Source: Deltaproteobacteria bacterium
GTDB taxonomy: Bacteria > Desulfobacterota > Syntrophia > Syntrophales > UBA2210
Direction: 5' to 3'
DNA length: 64,000 nt
NCBI GenBank assembly: GCA_016930775.1
Contig: JAFGGB010000019.1
Span: 3,787-67,786 of the forward strand
The position numbers and the translations under genes are program-made. Position 1 is the first letter of the stretch; every line of letters begins with the position of its first letter. Below, one piece after another: positions 28,797 to 38,086 of the stretch. Below the pieces are notes generated by a model. That model had not been told where the DNA came from, made no database searches, and saw only the letters and a list, made by a program, of their open reading frames with translations.

Positions 28797-29792
28797 ATGA
28801 AATTGTTCATAAAGTCCGTCTTTGTAATTTTCGTGATGATTTGCATGGCGACGACAACCACAGGACCAGCCGCTGCGGTAGAAAAGGCTATATTGAAGTG
28901 CGGTCATATTGCGGAACCAAGCCATCCATACGCCATGGGCGCCGAACAGCTGGCGAAGCTTGTCAAGGAAAAATCGGGCGGTAATATCGATGTCCGTGTT
29001 TTCCCTTCGTCCCAGCTCGGCGGTCAGAAGGAATTGATTGAAGGGCTCATCTTCGGCACGATTGATATGGCGCTGGTCGGAACGGCCGTTCTCGGTCAGT
29101 TTCAGCCCGCCATATCGCTTTTCGATCTTCCCTTTCTTTTCGATGATCGAGCGCACACCTACAAGTCGCTCGATACGGTTGGCATGGAGCTCGGAAAAGC
29201 CCTGGAACCCAAAGGAATAAAACTGCTCGGATATATGGAAAACGGCATCAGGCATCTCACGAACAACAAGAGAGAAGTCAGAACCCCCGAGGACATGAAG
29301 GGCCTGAAGATACGAGTCATGACGAATAAAATCTATATCGGCATGATGAAAGCCCTCGGCGCTTCGCCCGTTCCCATGGCGTTCGATGAACTCTATTCGG
29401 CGATGCAGCAGGGCGTGGTCGACGGCCAGGAAAACCCAAGCGCCCATATATGGACAAAGCGGTTTTTCGAGGTGAACAAATACGCCTCGATCACGGGTCA
29501 TGCCTATGCGCCGGAGCCCGTGCTGATTTCCATGGTCCGGTGGAATGCGCTGTCGCCCGAGGCGAAGGGAATAATTGTCAGCGCCGCAAAAGAGGCTATT
29601 GCATGGCAGCGAGACCTTTCCACGAAGGAAGACGATGAGTTTTGGGCGAAGATTAAGGCAACGGGGAAAATGAAGGTTATAGAAGTCGACAAGAAGCCCT
29701 TCAGAGAAGCGACGAAAAAAGTCTATGATGAGTTCGCTCCCGTCGTCGGTCAGAACAATATCGACAAAGTGCGCGCACTTTCTGGAAAATAA
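28797..29792 (+). CDS. dctP: TRAP transporter substrate-binding protein
   Basis: 331 aa. Signal peptide, then the DctP pattern (VFPSSQLGGQKELIEGLIFGTIDMA, FDLPFLF, IRHLTNN). Confidence 0.92.
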   Translation: MKLFIKSVFVIFVMICMATTTTGPAAAVEKAILKCGHIAEPSHPYAMGAEQLAKLVKEKSGGNIDVRVFPSSQLGGQKELIEGLIFGTIDMALVGTAVLGQFQPAISLFDLPFLFDDRAHTYKSLDTVGMELGKALEPKGIKLLGYMENGIRHLTNNKREVRTPEDMKGLKIRVMTNKIYIGMMKALGASPVPMAFDELYSAMQQGVVDGQENPSAHIWTKRFFEVNKYASITGHAYAPEPVLISMVRWNALSPEAKGIIVSAAKEAIAWQRDLSTKEDDEFWAKIKATGKMKVIEVDKKPFREATKKVYDEFAPVVGQNNIDKVRALSGK

Positions 29793-29811
29793 ACAAACAG
29801 CGGCAGGACAC

Positions 29812-29868
29812 GGGACGGAATCGGACCCCCCTCTTCTCTCTATTCTTCTCCTCAGCCGGTTCCGTCCC
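29812..29868 (+). other. Intercistronic stem-loop between dctP and dctQ
   Basis: GGGACGGAATCGG (29812-29824) pairs with CCGGTTCCGTCCC (29856-29868): 13 bp including one G-U pair. The 31-nt loop is almost pure pyrimidine (ACCCCCCTCTTCTCTCTATTCTTCTCCTCAG). Confidence 0.5.
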
Positions 29869-29945
29869 AATTCAGTCGTCTCAAGCAACAGCGGCTGCAG
29901 CATCCAATTGATGAGTTTTATAATACCGCGTGGGGATGGTTTTCT

Positions 29946-30455
29946 ATGAAGGTGCATGACAGATTATTTCAAGGATTGAGAAAACTTCTGTTCGTCATAT
30001 CGGTAACCGGCATGGGTCTCATGTTGGCGCTGATTTTCATGCAAGTAATCAATCGCTACGTCCTCGGGTTTGTCTTTTCGTGGACGGAAGAACTGGCGCG
30101 CTTTCTCTTCGTATGGGTGGTCTTTATCGGCGGCGCACTCATTATGGGTGAGGACGGCCATATGGCGGTGAAGCTGCTGCCCGAGATTCTCAAAAAAACA
30201 AAGGCGGGATTGATTCTCGATATTGTCATTTCGATCGCAAGCGCCGCGTTCGTGCTCATAATGATTTTCTATGGGACCAGGATGTCCAAGATGATGATGT
30301 TTCAAACGGCCCCTGGCTTGGGGATTCCCATGGGAATAGTCTACGCGATAATACCGGTGAGCGGCCTGCTGATGCTCTTTTATTTGATTCAGAATGTATT
30401 TGTCGCCATCAGGAAACGGAGCAAGGAAACAGCCGATCAGCAGGGCAAGGAGTAG
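29946..30455 (+). CDS. dctQ: TRAP transporter small permease
   Basis: 169 aa with four hydrophobic helices, positioned between dctP and dctM. Confidence 0.85.
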   Translation: MKVHDRLFQGLRKLLFVISVTGMGLMLALIFMQVINRYVLGFVFSWTEELARFLFVWVVFIGGALIMGEDGHMAVKLLPEILKKTKAGLILDIVISIASAAFVLIMIFYGTRMSKMMMFQTAPGLGIPMGIVYAIIPVSGLLMLFYLIQNVFVAIRKRSKETADQQGKE

Positions 30456-30462
30456 TCTCGTC

Positions 30463-31737
30463 ATGGAAACAGTCTTTTTGTTGTCGTTTCTTGTTTTGGT
30501 TGCGCTCGGCGTCCCAATCGCCTTTTCGCTGTGTTTGTCCGTTTCCGTAATACTTTTTTACTTCATGCATATGCCGCAGATCCTTGTGCCCCAGATAATG
30601 TATACGGGAATAGATTCCTTTTCCTTCATGGCGGTGCCGTTTTTCATGCTTGCGGGTTCGTTTATGTCTCAAGGAGGCGTTGCTAGGCGACTCGTTGATT
30701 TTGCATCGTCGCTTGTGGGATCGCTTCCCGGTGGACTGGCGCAGGTCGTGGCGGTTTCCGGCATGTTTTTCGCGGCAATATCGGGTTCCTCGGCTGCGAC
30801 GACGGCTGCCATCGGCGTCATCATGATCGATGAGATGGAGAAGAGGGGCTATGATCGGGTCTTCTCAACGGGGGTAGTCGCTGCCGGAGGGACCGTGGGC
30901 ATCGTTATTCCGCCCTCCATTACCATGGTTGTCTATGGCGCCATTGCGGGTGTTTCCGTCGGCGAACTTTTTATGGGCGGTTTCGCTCCGGGAATCCTCA
31001 TGGGGATTTCTATGTGCGTTCTTAGCTACATCATCTGCAGCAGACGCGGCTGGAAAGGCGTCGGCGCCTTTTCGATGAAAAGAGTTATTGTCAGTTTTAA
31101 GAGTTCCTTTTTCGCGCTTCTTACTCCATTGATAATTATCGGCGGCATTTACGGCGGCATATTCACCCCGACGGAATCCGCGGCCGTGGCTGCCGTATAT
31201 GCTATCTTTGTAGGCCTGTTCATCTATAAGGAACTTAAACTCCGTGATTTCCCGAAAATAATTTTCAGCGCCGTCATCAGTACAACCATGATCATGTTCA
31301 TCGTCGGCGGCGCCAAGGTTTTCGGCTGGCTGCTGACTAATTTGGAGATTCCCCACAGAATCGGCATGGCCTTTGTCAATTTTACATCGTCCCCCATTGT
31401 CTTTCTCCTCATGATGAATGTTCTTCTCCTCATTCTGGGGACGCTTGTCAATGCATCGGCGGCAGTCATCATTCTGACGCCGATTTTCCTGCCCGTGGCC
31501 GAAAAAATGGGCATTGACCCGCTGTTTTTCGGTGTGCTCATGGTCGTGAACCTTGCCATCGGCTGCATTACGCCGCCGGTGGGACTCGATCTTTTCGTGG
31601 CGAGCGCCATCACCAAGATACCCATAGAAAAGGTAATGAAAGCAGTTACCCCCTATTTATTGGTTCTTATCGCCGATTTGCTGATTCTCACGTTTTTCCC
31701 CAGCATCATAACCTTCGTGCCGCACATTTTAAGGTAA
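30463..31737 (+). CDS. dctM: TRAP transporter large permease
   Basis: Start at ATG 30463 (AAGGAG RBS); the ORF-track start at 30394 overlaps dctQ. A polytopic protein of ~424 aa with typical DctM segments (FMLAGSFMSQGG, GIVIPPSI). Confidence 0.92.
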   Translation: METVFLLSFLVLVALGVPIAFSLCLSVSVILFYFMHMPQILVPQIMYTGIDSFSFMAVPFFMLAGSFMSQGGVARRLVDFASSLVGSLPGGLAQVVAVSGMFFAAISGSSAATTAAIGVIMIDEMEKRGYDRVFSTGVVAAGGTVGIVIPPSITMVVYGAIAGVSVGELFMGGFAPGILMGISMCVLSYIICSRRGWKGVGAFSMKRVIVSFKSSFFALLTPLIIIGGIYGGIFTPTESAAVAAVYAIFVGLFIYKELKLRDFPKIIFSAVISTTMIMFIVGGAKVFGWLLTNLEIPHRIGMAFVNFTSSPIVFLLMMNVLLLILGTLVNASAAVIILTPIFLPVAEKMGIDPLFFGVLMVVNLAIGCITPPVGLDLFVASAITKIPIEKVMKAVTPYLLVLIADLLILTFFPSIITFVPHILR

Positions 31738-32071
31738 TCGACGGAACGATGAACGTTCTTTTACAGACTTTAAGGACCGGCCGGTCATCTGCCTCCACAC
31801 GGCGTCTGGTTACAGTCAATTCCTGTATCCTGTTTCGCTCTTCACCGGTCCCGGTCCTTCCCGTGTCCGAGAACCATGCCTGGAAGTTCGGTTCTCGGAC
31901 ATACCCCCCATTCTCCGCATTATTGCGGCGCCGGGAGGCGTCGATGATGCAATGGAAGTTGAACGCTCCGTTCGCCGATACAATGGAAACGTCCAGTCAT
32001 GCCGGCACTGCGGCATGCTGTAAGTGAATTAAATGTCCAATCAAGTGCTCAAAAAATGACTGCTCTGCATA

Positions 32072-33268
32072 ATGGAGAAAGGAGATGGAACGGTGGATGT
32101 AAATGAAAAAGCATTAGAGCTGCATCGGATATACAGGGGGAAAATCGAAGTAACGAGCAAAACGCCTGTAACGAATATGGCGGAACTCTCTGTCGTCTAT
32201 ACGCCGGGGGTTGCCGCGCCCTGCAAGAAAATTCAGGAGAATCGCGATCTCGTTTACGAATATACGACTAAAGGAAATATGGTAGCAGTCGTTACCGATG
32301 GAACGGCCGTGCTCGGCCTTGGGGACATCGGTCCGGAGGCGGGTCTCCCCGTTATGGAAGGAAAGGCCGTCCTTTTCAAGGAACTCGCCGGGGTGGATGC
32401 ATTCCCAATCTGCATCAACAGCAAAGATCCCGACAAGATCGTTGAAACGGTCCAAATGATAGCGCCTGGGTTCGGAGGCATCAATCTGGAAGATATCAGC
32501 GCCCCCCGGTGTTTCGAAATCGAAGACCGATTGAAGGCAAGTCTGGATATCCCCGTCATGCATGACGATCAGCACGGCACAGCCGTTGTAACACTGGCAG
32601 CGCTGATCAATGCTCTCAAAATCGTCGGCAAAAACATGAATGAGATAAAAGTTGCGATGAACGGCGCTGGGGCGTCCGGAACGGCCATAGCATATATGTT
32701 GATGAATGCAGGAGTTTCGGACATTGTCTGTTGCAATTCGAAGGGCATTATTTACAAAGGACGGGAAGGCAACAACGCAGCCGTTGAGAAACTGGCTCAA
32801 AGAACAAACAAAGAAGGAATGAAGGGGCTTCTCGCAGATGCGATGAAAGGAAGAGACGTCTTTATCGGCGTATCGAAGGCGGACCTTGTGACCAAGGAAA
32901 TGGTGCGGTCGATGAATCCTGGTTCGATAGTTATGGCCATGGCAAATCCTGTTCCGGAGATCTTGCCTGCTTTTGCGAAAGAAGGAGGGGCGAGAATCGT
33001 CGCAACGGGGCGGTCGGATTTTCCCAACCAGGTAAATAATTGCCTGGGATTTCCGGGAATTTTCAAGGGAGCGCTCATGGTTCGGGCCAGTGACATCAAC
33101 GAGGAGATGAAACTCGCGGCAGCCCATGCAATTGCATCGCTGGTTGATGACACGGAACTCGGACCGGAGTTTATCATACCCGGTTCCTTTGACCCGCGCG
33201 TGGTTCCAAGAGTGGCGGAAGCTGTCGCCGCCGCCGCCAGGGCTACCGGCGTTGCGCGGCTGAAGTAG
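32072..33268 (+). CDS. NAD(P)-dependent malic enzyme (short form, no PTA domain)
   Basis: Motifs LSVVYTPGVAAPC, VVTDGTAVLGLGDIGPEAGLPVMEGKAVLFK, FGGINLEDI and MNGAGASG. A GTG at 32093 with an AAGGAG RBS is an alternative start. Confidence 0.92.
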   Translation: MEKGDGTVDVNEKALELHRIYRGKIEVTSKTPVTNMAELSVVYTPGVAAPCKKIQENRDLVYEYTTKGNMVAVVTDGTAVLGLGDIGPEAGLPVMEGKAVLFKELAGVDAFPICINSKDPDKIVETVQMIAPGFGGINLEDISAPRCFEIEDRLKASLDIPVMHDDQHGTAVVTLAALINALKIVGKNMNEIKVAMNGAGASGTAIAYMLMNAGVSDIVCCNSKGIIYKGREGNNAAVEKLAQRTNKEGMKGLLADAMKGRDVFIGVSKADLVTKEMVRSMNPGSIVMAMANPVPEILPAFAKEGGARIVATGRSDFPNQVNNCLGFPGIFKGALMVRASDINEEMKLAAAHAIASLVDDTELGPEFIIPGSFDPRVVPRVAEAVAAAARATGVARLK

Positions 33269-33301
33269 AACCATTGTATTATCGAAGCTTGGAACGCCTA
33301 G

Positions 33302-33334
33302 AAAAGGGGCCGTCGCCGAACTATGGCCCCTTTC
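33302..33334 (+). terminator. Putative terminator after the malic enzyme gene
   Basis: AAAAGGGGCC ... 13-nt loop ... GGCCCCTTTC, followed by a short T-rich stretch. Confidence 0.45.
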
Positions 33335-33762
33335 TCGGCGACTTTGTATCGAATATATATTTAGCCTTTTCAGCGGGAAGCTTATCGAAAAATATGATTG
33401 CTATGTTTCCTTCTGCTCTGGGACCGACATTTAAAAAAATCTCTTTGAAAATCTGTTCCTCTGCTCATCTGTAGCCTCTTTTCAAACGATGTATCCTCTG
33501 CTGCAGCGCAGCGTTCTTCGATGCTTGAAGCTATTGTCTTCAATATTGAAATACAAGATATAAATATTTGTCGACGTTGAAGTAATTTCTAGTATACCAC
33601 AGGAAGCGGTGATTAGAGTGTAATTATGCGTTGCACAAAAGTTGATTTGGAAGTTAAAAAATAGACGGGCATCATATCGTCTTCTGGACTTTTCGAGGGA
33701 GGAAGATCGACCGGAAGCAGCGGACCGAAGCAGCCGGATCGCAAACAAAAGGATCAAGAGCC

Positions 33763-35346
33763 GTGCGGCGCTATATCAGTCTTCAAACAAGGATATTTAC
33801 ACTGGTTATTGTCACGATCATCGTTTCAATCATCTTTGAGACGATGTGTGTAGAAAAGTATCTCGAAAATTTCATTATCAAGAATGAAGGCAAACGAATC
33901 CTGTCAATTGCGGAAATTACCGCAAAGGATCCTCGTATCATCGACGCCTTTAACCTTCCCGATCCCTCGCTTGCAGTTCAGCCGATTGCCGAAGAGATGC
34001 GACGGATAACCAACACCAGCTTTGTAGTCATATTCAATATGGATACGATACGCTACTCTCATCCGAAACCTGACAGATTGGGCAAGCATTTTGTGGGCGG
34101 AGACGAAAAAGATTCCTTGAAGGGGAAGCAGTATATTTCTCAGGCGAAAGGAACCCTGGGGATATCCCAACGAGCCTTTGTTCCGATTTTTGGTCCTGAC
34201 AACAGGCAACTGGGCGTTGTTTCCGTGGGTCTTCTCATGACGGAGTTGAAAGATCAGAAAGAACGGATCAGCTTCATATTATACTTCGTCGCGCTGATTT
34301 CGGTTCTTGTGGGATTTTCCGGGGCGGCGTTTCTTGCTTCGAATATCAAAAAGACGATCCTTGGCCTTGAACCTCACGAGATTGCTGCGCTCTTGGAGCA
34401 GAGAAGCGTCATCATATCTTCGATAAAAGAGGGAGTTGTCGCCATCGATGCCGATAAGCGAGTGATCTTGCTTAACGAAACGGCAAAGAAGCTCCTCTCG
34501 ATCGGCGACTTGTCTCCGGGTACATTGATAACGGATGTCGTTCCTGCATCGAAGCTTCCTCTCGTTGTGGAGACAGGCGAGCCGATAATCGACGAGGAGC
34601 AAAGGATCAATTCCAATGTAATCCTAACTAACAGGATACCTCTCAGGTCCCGGGGCAAAATAATAGGCGCTGTGGCGACGTTCAGAGACATGAGTGAAAT
34701 CCGCAATCTTGCCGAAGAATTGACGGAGGTTAAATCCTATATAAATGCACTGAGAGCGCAACATCATGAATATTTGAATAAACTTCATGTCATTTCCGGA
34801 TTGCTGCAGTTGAGAAAATACAAGCAAGCCGTTGAATTTATAGTTAGAACGGTTTCGAAGACACAGGAGATCGCAGATTTTCTTCGACGGAATATCAAGA
34901 GTCCGGCCGTATCGGGACTGCTGCTCGCAAAATTGAATGAAGCCCTGGAATACGATATCGATCTCGTAATTCTACCCGAGAGTTATTTCCCCGTCATTCG
35001 GGAAAGTTGCGTCGGAACTGTGACTTCCATAATTGGGAATATTCTTCAGAATTCCATAGAGTCTTTGAGAGACTCTTCACAGGAGAAGAAAAAAATAGTT
35101 GTATTTTTGAGGGAGTATGGGAATTATCTGGAGATAGTCATCAAGGATAACGGCAAGGGGTTTTCAAAGGATCTCTGCGAAAAGGTGTTCGAGCGGGGCT
35201 ATACGACAAAAAAATCATCAAAGAACAAAGGCATAGGACTTTCTTTGGTTAAAGAATACATAGAGCACTTTGGCGGGACGATAGAAGTTCGCGTCGATGG
35301 CGGAGTTGAATTCAGGGTAACAGTGCCGAAATCAAACATAACATAA
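33763..35346 (+). CDS. Sensor histidine kinase, CitA/DcuS family
   Basis: 527 aa, GTG start. TM, ~150-aa periplasmic sensor, TM, cytoplasmic PAS. H-box LRAQHHEYLNKLHVISGLLQL. HATPase_c (DNGKGF, GIGLSLV). Confidence 0.88.
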   Translation: MRRYISLQTRIFTLVIVTIIVSIIFETMCVEKYLENFIIKNEGKRILSIAEITAKDPRIIDAFNLPDPSLAVQPIAEEMRRITNTSFVVIFNMDTIRYSHPKPDRLGKHFVGGDEKDSLKGKQYISQAKGTLGISQRAFVPIFGPDNRQLGVVSVGLLMTELKDQKERISFILYFVALISVLVGFSGAAFLASNIKKTILGLEPHEIAALLEQRSVIISSIKEGVVAIDADKRVILLNETAKKLLSIGDLSPGTLITDVVPASKLPLVVETGEPIIDEEQRINSNVILTNRIPLRSRGKIIGAVATFRDMSEIRNLAEELTEVKSYINALRAQHHEYLNKLHVISGLLQLRKYKQAVEFIVRTVSKTQEIADFLRRNIKSPAVSGLLLAKLNEALEYDIDLVILPESYFPVIRESCVGTVTSIIGNILQNSIESLRDSSQEKKKIVVFLREYGNYLEIVIKDNGKGFSKDLCEKVFERGYTTKKSSKNKGIGLSLVKEYIEHFGGTIEVRVDGGVEFRVTVPKSNIT

Positions 35347-35359
35347 GGGAGTTTTCTTT

Positions 35360-36040
35360 ATGCCGCCGATTAAAGTGATGATTGTGGAAGATGATTTCAT
35401 GGTTGCCGATATCAATAAAGGACTGACGGAGAAGGTGGAGGGGTACAAGGTCGTAAGGATCGCGAAAAACGGCAGAGAAGCCTTATCATATCTCAGGAAA
35501 AAAGAAGTCGATCTCATTATCCTCGATATCTATCTCCCTGACATGCACGGCATCGATATTGTCAAAGAAGTCAGAAAAAAGGAATATACTGTAGATTTCA
35601 TTTTGATTACCGCTGCTCATGACGTTAAGACGATCGAGGATTCAATAAGGTTCGGCGCTTTCGATTATATCGTTAAGCCCTTTGATGCCGGTCGGTATCT
35701 CGATTCTCTCGTCAACTACAAACATCTCAAGAGATCGATCGTGGAAAACAAAGTGCTGAACCAGGACAAGGTTGATTCCTTGTATCTTATTAATAATAAG
35801 AAAAAAGATGCGCTGCCGAAAGGGATCGCCGAATATACCCTCGACAAAGTCAGGAAGGCGATTGCCTCTTGTGACGGTCCTTTCACAATCGATGAAATAC
35901 GGATTGAATTGGCGCTGTCGAGAATTACGATAAGGCGCTATCTCGAATTCATCGCCGAGACAGGCAGTCTTAAAAAATCCTTCCAGTACAAGAAGAAGGG
36001 ACGACCGACCATATTTTTTATCAAGAAAGGCTCCTCCTAG
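35360..36040 (+). CDS. Response regulator, CitB/DcuR family
   Basis: 226 aa. Receiver domain (VMIVEDD...LIILDIYLPDMHG...ITAAHD...KPF) and a C-terminal HTH. Confidence 0.9.
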   Translation: MPPIKVMIVEDDFMVADINKGLTEKVEGYKVVRIAKNGREALSYLRKKEVDLIILDIYLPDMHGIDIVKEVRKKEYTVDFILITAAHDVKTIEDSIRFGAFDYIVKPFDAGRYLDSLVNYKHLKRSIVENKVLNQDKVDSLYLINNKKKDALPKGIAEYTLDKVRKAIASCDGPFTIDEIRIELALSRITIRRYLEFIAETGSLKKSFQYKKKGRPTIFFIKKGSS

Positions 36041-36099
36041 CAATGATTAGCTTGTGAGCCGTTGCCCCCCTTGTTTTTCGAGATTCCTGAGAGCAAATA

Positions 36100-36124
36100 A
36101 AAAAGGGGCCCGGGGGCCCCTTTG
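36100..36124. terminator. Bidirectional terminator between the response regulator and CpxP-like genes
   Basis: AAAAA-GGGGCC-CGGG-GGCCCC-TTTG. A T-run is present on the minus-strand side (CTTTTTTATTTG). Confidence 0.6.
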
Positions 36125-36142
36125 CGTTATTATGAAACGCTT

Positions 36143-36718
36143 TCAGCGACAGCAGGAACCGGACCCGCCTCCAAGATTGCTGCGAAAGTCGCCGCGGCGC
36201 TCGCCGCCGGAACATCCGCTTGAGGATCCCTCGCCGTTGCCCCCTCCGCAATTATTCCTGGAACCGCCCCGGCAATCGCGGCCTCTGGAATCGCATTCCG
36301 TGCGGCGGTTTCCCGGGCCAAAGCCGCCCGCCGAGGGATCGATCTTTTTCAGGGCGATTATATGATCCAGGCGTTTCTGTTCCAGCTGAGTCCGGAGATC
36401 GGAAATCTCCTTCTGCAGGCCCGAAGCCATTGTCTGGTCAGGGGCTTCTTTGGCGAGTTCTTTCTTGAGATCGAGACGTTTGTCGTTGATATTCGTTCTC
36501 AAGTCTTTCGTTGCTTCGATAAAGGCCTTCTGCTCATCGGCAAGGACCTTCGTCTGTTCGTCCGTCAGGGTATTTCCATACAAACAGTTACCGCTGCCGA
36601 AGCCTCGATCACAACCTTCGGAACCTCTGCCCCACCGTGCGAAGGCGCTGGTTCCGAATCCTACAAGGGCGGTTACAATCAACACCGCCATAATCCTGTT
36701 AATATGTGAACGTTTCAT
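36143..36718 (-). CDS. Periplasmic Spy/CpxP/ZraP-family protein with Cys/Gly-rich termini
   Basis: Start at ATG 36718 (AAGGAG RBS). Signal peptide, an LTDEQ (LTxxQ) motif and a helical core. Cys/Gly-rich N-terminal segment (GSEGCDRGFGSGNC) and 50-aa C-terminal tail (CDSRGRDCRGGSRNNCGGGNGEGSSSGCSGG...GSGSCCR). Confidence 0.8.
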   Translation of the reverse strand: MKRSHINRIMAVLIVTALVGFGTSAFARWGRGSEGCDRGFGSGNCLYGNTLTDEQTKVLADEQKAFIEATKDLRTNINDKRLDLKKELAKEAPDQTMASGLQKEISDLRTQLEQKRLDHIIALKKIDPSAGGFGPGNRRTECDSRGRDCRGGSRNNCGGGNGEGSSSGCSGGERRGDFRSNLGGGSGSCCR

Positions 36719-36767
36719 GAAAGTATCTCCTTTCTTCAAGTGCATTTGATTCTCTTATGTATCCTTG

Positions 36768-36783
36768 AGCAATCAATGTGCCA
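36768..36783 (-). promoter_or_regulatory. Sigma-54 promoter of the CpxP/ZraP-like gene
   Basis: The minus strand reads TGGCAC-ATTGA-TTGCT, ~50 nt upstream of the ATG at 36718. Confidence 0.72.
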
Positions 36784-37011
36784 GCGAAGAATATTAATGA
36801 GATTGCATAACTAAGTATCAGTATTTTTTGATTATTAATAAATGAGAGGTCGTTATGGTTCTGAGACTGCAGGATGCGTTCTGGATAGTAAGTATCCGGT
36901 GCTGTATCAAAGAGATACAGCAGGGATTGTCCTGGCTTGGTTATAAATAATTCGTTCCGTGACGTATCTTTCTGTGGTATGTTTTTACGATCGAAGGAGG
37001 AGGTAAGGAGA

Positions 37012-37908
37012 ATGTTGCAATTTCTGCCGGCGCCGTTTCGTGGCGTTGCAGCTATCGTCTACGTAGCCCTTGATACCATTATTTGCGCAATTCCAATACA
37101 TCTGCTGGCATTCACGAAAACGCTTGTCCCCGTCCGAGCATGGAAACAGCGTTGCGCCCGGAACATAACGACCATCGTCAAAGGCTGGATGTGGGGCATT
37201 GTCCTGGGATTGAAGCTTCTTGCGAAAATAGAATGGGATGTTAAAGGTCTTGAAGGGCTCAGGCGCGACCAGTGGTATTTCGTGATCAGCAACCACAGAT
37301 CCTGGACGGACATAGTTGTTCTTTTGAAAATTTTTGCTAACAAAATACCCTTTCCAAAGTTTTTTCTGAAAAAAGAACTCATCTGGATTCCCGTCATCGG
37401 CACGTGCTGGTGGGCTCTCGACTACCCCTTTATGAAACGATACTCCCGAGCATATCTGGAAAGGCATCCGGAGAAGCGCGGCGCGGACCTGGAGACGACG
37501 AGGAAGGCCTGCGAGCGCTATAAAGATATGCCTGTTTCAATACTGAATTTTGTGGAAGGCACCCGTTTTACCGAGAAGAAACATGAAAAACAGCAGTCGC
37601 CATATAGAAATCTTCTCAAGCCGCGAGCCGGGGGCTTTGCCTTCGCCCTTTCGGCAATGGAAGGGAAGATAACTCATCTCCTGGACGTAACGATCGTGTA
37701 CCCGCAAGGTCCCATCAAGTTCTGGAATTTCCTCTGCGGTCGCGTTTCGCGTCTCACCGTTCACGTGAAAGAACACTTGATTCCTCCAGAATTTCTTCGT
37801 GGCGATTACCTGGAAGATCATGCATTCCGGGAGCGGTTTCAAGCATGGCTTGGTGATTTATGGCATCAGAAAGATTCGCTTATAGAGGAACTTCGTCAGG
37901 AAGGTTGA
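37012..37908 (+). CDS. yihG: Lysophospholipid acyltransferase, YihG-like
   Basis: Start at ATG 37012 (GGAGGAGGTAAGGAG RBS). NHRSWTDIVVL (HX4D), FFLKKELIWIPVIGTCWWALDYPFMKRYSRAYLERHPEKRG and NFVEGTRFT closely track E. coli YihG as I remember it. Confidence 0.85.
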   Translation: MLQFLPAPFRGVAAIVYVALDTIICAIPIHLLAFTKTLVPVRAWKQRCARNITTIVKGWMWGIVLGLKLLAKIEWDVKGLEGLRRDQWYFVISNHRSWTDIVVLLKIFANKIPFPKFFLKKELIWIPVIGTCWWALDYPFMKRYSRAYLERHPEKRGADLETTRKACERYKDMPVSILNFVEGTRFTEKKHEKQQSPYRNLLKPRAGGFAFALSAMEGKITHLLDVTIVYPQGPIKFWNFLCGRVSRLTVHVKEHLIPPEFLRGDYLEDHAFRERFQAWLGDLWHQKDSLIEELRQEG

Positions 37909-38086
37909 GGTGCCCAACTATTGAGCGTCGAAAAGAGCGATAAGACGCAATGCAACAGCATGCCTGTTTTTTTGCAGTAAGAAACTTTTTTTAAAATTTC
38001 AAGGGATTTTAGATGTTACAGGCAATACGGGGAAATTAGTATATCAATATTATCCCGGAGTCGTCGCTCGATTACAAAGGAGGTGT

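Noticed and set aside
28728-29957. 409-aa ORF antisense to dctP
   Set aside because: The opposite strand encodes a clear TRAP binding protein with an RBS and a signal peptide. The antisense product is Arg-rich and matches no family.
31749-32027. 92-aa ORF between dctM and the malic enzyme gene
   Set aside because: It has Arg/Ser/Pro-rich composition, no RBS and contains the 11-bp hairpin.
32114-33274. 386-aa ORF antisense to almost the entire malic enzyme gene
   Set aside because: The near-full-length mirror frame is striking, but the sense strand has strong malic-enzyme motifs. The antisense protein looks like translated noise. This probably reflects codon usage that lacks the complements of stop codons.
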